Source of the DNA: an uncultured Piscirickettsiaceae bacterium
GTDB taxonomy: Bacteria > Pseudomonadota > Gammaproteobacteria > GCF-002020875
Reading direction: 5' to 3'
Length of the DNA: 48,847 nucleotides
NCBI GenBank assembly: GCA_964344805.1
Contig: CAYFOU010000002.1
Coordinates: 1-48,847 of the forward strand
Shown: one piece after another, positions 44,901 through 48,847 of the stretch
Numbering within the stretch: position 1 is the stretch's first letter
Layout of the letters: each line of letters opens with the position of its first letter
Program-made: the position numbers and the translations under genes
Notes under the pieces: model-generated
Databases searched by the model: none
Told to the model about the DNA's origin: nothing
The model's input: the letters and a program-made list of their open reading frames with translations, nothing else

Positions 44901-46376
44901 ACTGATGAAATCATGACCCCGGAGAGAAGGGCTGAGCTGAAGCGGATTGTTGATGGCCGTAAGGAGACCCGGGCGATTGACCGGACCCTCCGGACGTTAC
45001 TGACCGGGAAGAAGCTGAACAATCGCCAGCGGGTGGCCCTGATGCACCTGTATGACTCCGGCAACCTGGATCTCAGCCAGAACAGCAATCTGGCTACGGT
45101 GGCCCACAATGACTTGAATGTTCGAATGGGTGGGGTAGTTCCGATGAAGGGGGTCGTGGAGGCTTCCGGGTACCTGTTTCACAATGTTGAGGTATTCAAC
45201 CGCGAGGTCACCGGCTTGGCGGCCTATGATTTGGCTTTCGAAGACGCTATTGAGGAAGGATTGTCCGAGGTAGATGCTCACAATAGGGCAGCTGATGCGG
45301 CGGTTGAGGCCAATGACCGGGGGCATTTCGATTACTCGACCGAAAACCGTGCGATGCTGATGCAGAGCAATGTGGCCCGGGTGGTGACCCAGTTCAAGCA
45401 ATATTCTCAGAATATGACCTTCAGGCTCCTGCGCGACCTTCATCAAACATTCCAGGGAGAGTCGCCGGAGGATAGGGCTGTTGCCCGCCGTCAGCTGATC
45501 GGCACCCTCGGCATGCACTCCATTTTCGCCGGTGCGGCCGGCTTGCCGTTCGTAACGTTGCCGATGCTGTTCAATATAGCGAGCATGACCATGGGAGATG
45601 ACGATGAACCGGTGGACGCCGAGGTGGAGTTCAAGAATTTCCTCGCCGACAATTACGGCCAGAAGACGGCGGAAGTGGTGATGAACGGTGTTCTCCGTGG
45701 AATTCCCGGGATCAGTGCTGCAGATGTCTCCTCCAGAATCAGCCTCAGAGATCTGTGGATCAGAAGCAGTGACTGGGACAAGGGTGACGATGGAGAGATG
45801 GTGGATATCTTCAAGATGGTCATGGGGCCACAGGCGTCACTGTGGATTGAGAACCCGGTGAAGGCAGCCGGTCACTTTGGCCGTGGCGACTATTACAAAG
45901 GGTTTGAGTCGATAACCCCGAAAGTGATGAAAAACTTCATCAAGGCTGTCCGGAACATGAATGAGGGGGAGCGATCGAAGGCCGGCATTGTGCAGTTGGA
46001 TGCTGATCAGTTTGATTGGGTCGACACCACAGTCCAGATGGCCGGGTTTACTCCGACAAGAAAATCCCAGATGTATGAGTATCGGAATGCTGTCTACGGC
46101 AAGGAGCAGGCCCTCAGCCGTCGGCGCACGGACCTGAAGAATATGTGGGTTGAAGGGAAGATGGCCGGTGACAGCAAGATGGTGCTGGAGGCGAAACAGC
46201 AGATTACGGCATTCAACAAGAAGAACCCTGAAATGGCATTGACCGAGCGGTCGCTGAAGCGGTCACTGAAGGCGAAACGGAAGCGTCAGGAGCGCACCAA
46301 GTACGGGGTTCACACCTACAAGAATCGTGAGCATCTGCGCGAGGAGGGGCGTTTCGCCCGGGTTGAGGAGTGGTAA
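38994..46376 (+). CDS. giant multidomain (polyvalent-type) virion protein (2460 aa)
   Basis: TGATG overlap upstream. It has a Gly/Ala-rich hydrophobic N-terminus and a pyrophosphatase-like segment at about 41925-42320 (ISIENPKGS.., HYGYIKGTVGKDKDHVDVFLG, VFVVDQVD..DEHKVIMG). It also has HEFLH at 42687-42701, PLKRFG at 43857-43874 and hydrophobic helices near the C-terminus. Confidence 0.7.
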   Translation: MSEFSLAGELGQTQLSKEELQIIEANRRRKEERARLFEQEQRNNQGLQPLHALVRGAVSSVQSLGSGLKFVGAEETGQAIEGWAEETNQDIYDDMSDKTREAISTPLTVENEDALLGVSLNPDAGWEDFFMGAMEGSGSAIASVAAGGPASAGVKAALNKGSQWAAKRMSREAKALIQDGADPGKAAELVLSQYKVGKFSVPETVAGVTGAAVGFGGTGALMEGGGAASEVEDAVLQLPWKEANQIERFGEIYHQQVEGDENLRDLPLAEKHRIALKLYAREEADRAFDDMAVKAGITSVVAGPMLQKAMLGRSSSVGRGFASGVVAESAEEGYIAGETQQNINTATGRPEDEGVAQARAEGAVRGGMAGGAVSAPNALMRGAQGTLQKADIEAADAVADEKRTKHLDAINQSREAMGLSPMQSLDEFEDRYRVIPGADDGDPFIIYDTHERKTVGHKEDEGKAAHLAKLKNLEHNIARGEPVSDAPAEADPETPAEAPVDEEVPAEDVPVPAEEGEASKSADSSREAVERGEVYSASSQGASLEEAHIKLAEKKAEGAREALQRLLMKNDPAAVSIMLPNGERVSGQQAGDLIEKLVLAGNDGSDILGRMPAMFEQSSIEPLQAEEVESPAAEEVPGPEAQEVSIPEVAEVRMSDARGWGLPELQAQSEMRGLPTTDLSGKGLTINQMLDNLDDFQRGRKVEAAGELRNPADKMLAHPVQALIKRMGGVNPASPIGKELRATDAHSWIFNNEGLGSLDGIVQSEHEEFSLLPPAEDLNGFVDESVIVDLVREELSGNPLRSSRQQEAIDSYQMDLLAGKQAEADAEMRALGDGHDELSNFELDRLDYDQDWGDFHSQTVDLYQRAAQYDEEAADRLMGDLEVNPVDLQNQLQGIVTLFEEQNSEHVAGRPEDQGVPSGLDEEAQGEEVGAVEPAAAGAEGQQEIEGLGSPIDQAAHEAATSPLNDHPEPTDGQKKAGNYKLGPVKVHGLDISIENPKGSVRRGVGRNDKEWAVKLQSHYGYIKGTVGKDKDHVDVFLGDNVESPDLPVFVVDQVDPASRKFDEHKVIMGAATREEAEAIYLSNYEAGWTGLDGITEMPLDEFKAWVKDSKKTQNRLSDADPQFARHSEDGQEGGYKKLPRSRVQLYANQLNTYLSKEPEIGVRHAYEQVDMPDTSVGWVRAFEEALGRKVVFIQPNHPRAKGFINGAYVKGDILYISAEAGEPNFVQVAGHEFLHSLQKNNSDLHRYLVDNLTKYVTPEKMREHHLKLREITDYSSEVTRNELLADFVGDAFNDTEFVKQLAEDNPSKFKSLLNSLIDFFSGLADKLQKPDDRSSKYFHDVAGMRDHLRTVMDAYVNGKSIDEVTEDKPLYQRQSPAPAHGTAEDQAGSNRVLSGFGQGIASGLKRNGLTWRTVKDTIRPGMLWGMTGKQILEVYGGKLRGSLRQYTHLLDQMREEKSRLINRADSIEKRWNRHVDATEIGEILLDGTFNQVDPLMSFDDHEHIRKKREKIHGLTRDLRMMDEMSPDQAYLEDQLLDLETEMDGLKETHAMLQGRYQSLDSSGQRIYQEVRDSYSDGLQEYKEALLERIQRSEMGGKAKVAARSQVELMFAEMAHQVAYFPLKRFGQNIVLAEIDGERHVMKFDRVSDAEAEKNRIVDEGGIAERHTEMDYLKSDNTVTPQFMTDVEAMLEGNGLMSQDLRDSLNQLYLNYLPESSSRKQFMHRNYVLGFSRDAIRSFSHSMFHGAHHMAKIKFADKMQDELSRMEQMTNWKTYKIFASEQAKQVADYEDENAALRAAAEARKTHPDWDVSVDPDDAGNWVVTIKPVNNREEVGSFSTEIEAREARVTMMEKMPESEFTIVPETNPDLASDLKDSESLAHVVNHMKKRHEVLMNPAGSRLANALSGYGFLMYLGFTPAAAMVNMSQTGLVALPQLAARHGWNRAQKALHGYVKDIAVGGHIDGVDDIETDEIMTPERRAELKRIVDGRKETRAIDRTLRTLLTGKKLNNRQRVALMHLYDSGNLDLSQNSNLATVAHNDLNVRMGGVVPMKGVVEASGYLFHNVEVFNREVTGLAAYDLAFEDAIEEGLSEVDAHNRAADAAVEANDRGHFDYSTENRAMLMQSNVARVVTQFKQYSQNMTFRLLRDLHQTFQGESPEDRAVARRQLIGTLGMHSIFAGAAGLPFVTLPMLFNIASMTMGDDDEPVDAEVEFKNFLADNYGQKTAEVVMNGVLRGIPGISAADVSSRISLRDLWIRSSDWDKGDDGEMVDIFKMVMGPQASLWIENPVKAAGHFGRGDYYKGFESITPKVMKNFIKAVRNMNEGERSKAGIVQLDADQFDWVDTTVQMAGFTPTRKSQMYEYRNAVYGKEQALSRRRTDLKNMWVEGKMAGDSKMVLEAKQQITAFNKKNPEMALTERSLKRSLKAKRKRQERTKYGVHTYKNREHLREEGRFARVEEW

Positions 46377-46482
46377 TGCTATAATGGCGCTGCAGTCATA
46401 TGAACGGAGCCACTTATTGGTGTGATTGCGCCGCCTGATTTGTCAGGTCTCCAGCGGGTCTGGAGATATTGAAGAGTTCCGG

Positions 46483-46509
46483 AAGCCCGCGTTGAGCGGG
46501 CTTTTTTTA
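46483..46509. terminator. rho-independent terminator at the convergence of the + late operon and the minus-strand integrase cassette
   Basis: AGCCCGC-GTTGA-GCGGGCT hairpin followed by T7. A second hairpin, TCTCCAG-CGGGT-CTGGAGA, lies just upstream (about 46449-46467). Confidence 0.75.
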
Positions 46510-46527
46510 TGGCGGCATATTGTGGTG

Positions 46528-46785
46528 TTAGGCAGACAAGCATTCTGAACATTTTTCAATAATCAATCCGCAGGTTCTCTTGACGCGAAGTCTGCCTTTC
46601 CGGAATACGGAACAGCGATAGTGGCTCATCTCTCCGGGAGGCCCTAGTCCATCCTCCCAGCCAACAGTCTGAGATGATTCTTCAAGCTGTTCGCATGGTT
46701 CAACCCTTTTCACATCCTTACCAAGGCATACACAGTATTTTCCATCAGGTGCGGTCACATGTAAGGTTATTGTAAGTTTAGGCAT
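46528..46785 (-). CDS. hypothetical Cys-rich protein (85 aa) downstream of the integrase
   Basis: GGAGG lies 9 nt upstream of the ATG on the minus strand. The protein has seven Cys, including CVC and CSEC. Confidence 0.5.
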   Translation of the reverse strand: MPKLTITLHVTAPDGKYCVCLGKDVKRVEPCEQLEESSQTVGWEDGLGPPGEMSHYRCSVFRKGRLRVKRTCGLIIEKCSECLSA

Positions 46786-46815
46786 AACAACATTCCTCCA
46801 AAAAGGTCGTGCCGG

Positions 46816-47832
46816 TTAATATGGGTGTTGGAGCAACGGCATTTGATCTGGCGATGCTGCCTGGACAATATTTCCCGACGTTTTGAGTAGATGCCTACTG
46901 GACAAGTGGCTGTAGCGGAGCACCATTTCATAGGTCTTCCATCCGCCCAGATCCATCAGCTCCCGTAATGTTGTTTCGGTTTGTACGTGCCAGCTTGCCC
47001 AGGTGTGACGCAGGTCATGCCATTTGAAGTTTGTAATGCCGGCTTTCTTCAGAGATTTTGCCCAGGTTCGTGAGTCAATCCCGGGGATTTTGTTGCCTTT
47101 GCGGTTGGTGAAAACATATTCCCCAGACCTTTTATTGGCTCTACTGTAGAGGATGTTCATGGCAATTTCGTTGAGGGGGACGGCGATATCGTCCTCGCCT
47201 TTTGCCTGGTCACCATAGATCCACGCAGTTTTTCTGAGAAGATCGATCTGTGACCACTGCAGCCCCAGTACGTTGCTTTGCCGAAGGCCCACTTGCAGAG
47301 AGAATTCGGCAGGCTCCTGGAGGTAGTCCGGCAGTGCGGCTATCAGTCGGTTTGCCTCTTCCCGGGTTATCCATCGAATTCTCTTGTTGGGCTCCTTCTC
47401 GATGTGGATGTAGGGGACAGAGTGAGTCCAGCCCCAATTCTTGTTCGCAGTCTTGAGGAAGCTCTTGAGGGTGGTCTTGTAGCGGTTCGCAGTGGAAATG
47501 GTGAATGGTAGCTCTATGTCGCTGATCACCTCAGTGGTGACATCGCTGAGCTTGAGGTGACCGAGATATTCCTCCCAGAAGTCCATGTGCCTGGTGATGT
47601 CAGCAATACTTTTCTTGGGGGCCTTCTCGCGCAGGAATTTGGCTTTGCCTTCGCTCCACTTTCTGGGCTTTTTCAGCCCTTGGTCCTGCATCCATAGCTC
47701 ACGCTGGAGCTTGTCATGGACCAGCTGGGCTTCAGTTTTTTTCTTGGTTTTTGTGCTGCGCCGGATGGTCTCGCCGTTGGCGCTCAGCAGCACCCACCAG
47801 TATGAGCTGTCGGGCCTTTTATATAGAGACAT
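46816..47832 (-). CDS. int: tyrosine recombinase / phage integrase (338 aa)
   Basis: Integrase-type N-terminus MSLYKRPDSSYWWVLL..GETIRRSTKTKKKTEAQ and catalytic region ..HDLRHTWASWHVQ....LGGWKTYEMVLRYSHL. GAGGAAAG RBS before ATG 47832; the ORF-track start 47889 is less likely. Confidence 0.9.
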   Translation of the reverse strand: MSLYKRPDSSYWWVLLSANGETIRRSTKTKKKTEAQLVHDKLQRELWMQDQGLKKPRKWSEGKAKFLREKAPKKSIADITRHMDFWEEYLGHLKLSDVTTEVISDIELPFTISTANRYKTTLKSFLKTANKNWGWTHSVPYIHIEKEPNKRIRWITREEANRLIAALPDYLQEPAEFSLQVGLRQSNVLGLQWSQIDLLRKTAWIYGDQAKGEDDIAVPLNEIAMNILYSRANKRSGEYVFTNRKGNKIPGIDSRTWAKSLKKAGITNFKWHDLRHTWASWHVQTETTLRELMDLGGWKTYEMVLRYSHLSSRHLLKTSGNIVQAASPDQMPLLQHPY

Positions 47833-47962
47833 ATTGCTTTCCTCGCGTAGAAAACATCGCGGTTTTAACAGTAACGCATGACGGCCCACCGCGAAACGGG
47901 GATTCGGCCGCTAAACCTAGTCATGCGCAAATCGATTATATGGTGAAGAAGGAGTGTGTGCC

Positions 47963-48523
47963 ATGGGGAGTTTTGATGGAAATAGCAAGAAATTGGCCGA
48001 GAAGAGGGACGATGTAGCGAGAGTCGATCCTGGCCGGTTTGATCGTGCGCTCGATTTCTATTTGGAGAATGAAGGCGGCGATGTCGATCATGAGAGTGAT
48101 CCCGGGGGCGTAACGAGCCGAGGGATCTCAGCTGAATACAATCCGGAGCTGGAAGATGTGACCCGACTGTCTGATGCAGAGGTGAGAGAGCACTACCGGA
48201 AGAAATACTGGAGGCGAGTTTTCGGGCGCCTCAAGAGCGACGATGTTGCGATCAAGATCTTCGATATATCGACCAATGCTGGCTTCGATGATGCGAGCAT
48301 GGTGCTGCAGCGGGCCATCAACGACTGCGGTGGAGAGGTCATGGTTGACGGGGTGATGGGTAGCAGAACGGTGGCAGGGGCCAACTCTGTGGACCAGCTG
48401 CGGCTGCTCCGAGCGGTATGCCAGCGGCAGTGGCTCATGTACCAGGAGAAAATGGAGCAGGCACCGGAGAAGATTGCTTTTTACAATGGCTGGATGAGGC
48501 GAGCGAAGAGGGTGCCAGCATGA
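47963..48523 (+). CDS. endolysin, GH108-type muramidase with C-terminal peptidoglycan-binding-like region (186 aa)
   Basis: ..LENEGGDVDHESDPGGVTSRGIS.. matches the GH108 EGG...DPGG-T--GI signature. The C-terminal ..FYNGWMRRAKR resembles PG_binding_3. AAGGAG lies upstream. Confidence 0.8.
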   Translation: MGSFDGNSKKLAEKRDDVARVDPGRFDRALDFYLENEGGDVDHESDPGGVTSRGISAEYNPELEDVTRLSDAEVREHYRKKYWRRVFGRLKSDDVAIKIFDISTNAGFDDASMVLQRAINDCGGEVMVDGVMGSRTVAGANSVDQLRLLRAVCQRQWLMYQEKMEQAPEKIAFYNGWMRRAKRVPA

Positions 48524-48542
48524 GTGAACTGTAAAAAACCCT

Positions 48543-48788
48543 GTGGATTTTGTTGTGTCTGATAACAAGGCATATTTTGAGGTTCGGTGCAGGAAGGGGT
48601 GCGGCAGATTGGCCTATAGCCGAATTGGCTTGAATGAGGCTATTTTGTTATGGAACGAGGGCGTCACAATGGAGAGGCCAAAAATCAAGAAGCGAGGGGC
48701 GAAGGATGTAATTCTTGATGAGGAGCTTAATAAGGTTCTTGAGCAGGCAGGGGCTGATATGGTTGCTGAAGGGAGCTGGATTGAATAG
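48543..48788 (+). CDS. hypothetical protein (81 aa), weak Lar-like (restriction-alleviation) half-motif
   Basis: ..YFEVRCRKGCGRLAYSRIGLNEAILLWNEG resembles the C-terminal V-C--CG....EAI--WN part of Lar-family proteins. The N-terminal CxxC is absent, the start is GTG and there is no clear RBS. Confidence 0.3.
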   Translation: MDFVVSDNKAYFEVRCRKGCGRLAYSRIGLNEAILLWNEGVTMERPKIKKRGAKDVILDEELNKVLEQAGADMVAEGSWIE

Positions 48789-48847
48789 CCGCGCCTAGGA
48801 GCCTGTCGGGTTTAGTGCACCGATGAACACATCAAGCCACTTTGCCC

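Noticed and set aside
38994-46376. The giant protein as an N4-like virion RNA polymerase or a DarB-type helicase/methylase
   Set aside because: I could not recognise polymerase motifs, a Walker A (GxGKT), DExH or SAM-binding (NPPY/DPPY) motifs by eye. Only the PPase-like, HExxH and PLxRFG segments were seen.
1-48847. CRISPR array, rRNA, transposase/IS element, or invertible fibre segment
   Set aside because: I saw no regularly spaced repeats of 25-40 nt. There are no rRNA-like stretches, no transposase-like ORFs, and no inverted fibre-gene fragments on the opposite strand.

Overview
The window reads as the late (structural) part of a temperate tailed phage or prophage, plus a short early-gene block and an integrase/lysin corner. 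Almost all genes are on the + strand.

Gene order:
- A repeat-rich, ORF-poor 1.2-kb region (420-1639).
- A chain of small overlapping early ORFs ending in a dihydrofolate reductase (3259-3753).
- Small terminase, then a large terminase interrupted by a 377-aa LAGLIDADG intein (5027-6157).
- Portal, scaffold and a P22-coat-like major capsid protein.
- Connector/adaptor genes, including two tandem paralogue pairs.
- Very large tail/fibre proteins (1325, 856, 589, 417 and 664 aa).
- An unexpected acyl-carrier-protein + FabB/F-type ketosynthase + signal-peptide beta-barrel OMP cassette (33352-35306).
- An ejection/internal-protein block: two MGSxSGGGGG paralogues, a glycine-zipper protein, a 617-aa protein, and a 2460-aa giant protein with pyrophosphatase-like, HExxH and PLxRFG segments.
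- A minus-strand tyrosine-integrase cassette, a GH108-type endolysin and a weak Lar-like ORF.

I found no tRNA, rRNA or CRISPR array. I also found no recognisable replication, repressor, tape-measure, tube or sheath genes, so a podovirus-like architecture is inferred. Several rho-independent terminators split the late region into units.

The most interesting candidate is the ACP-ketosynthase-OMP cassette, which sits between the tail genes and Gly-rich ejection proteins. All functional calls come from motif recognition by eye and need profile or structure searches to confirm.
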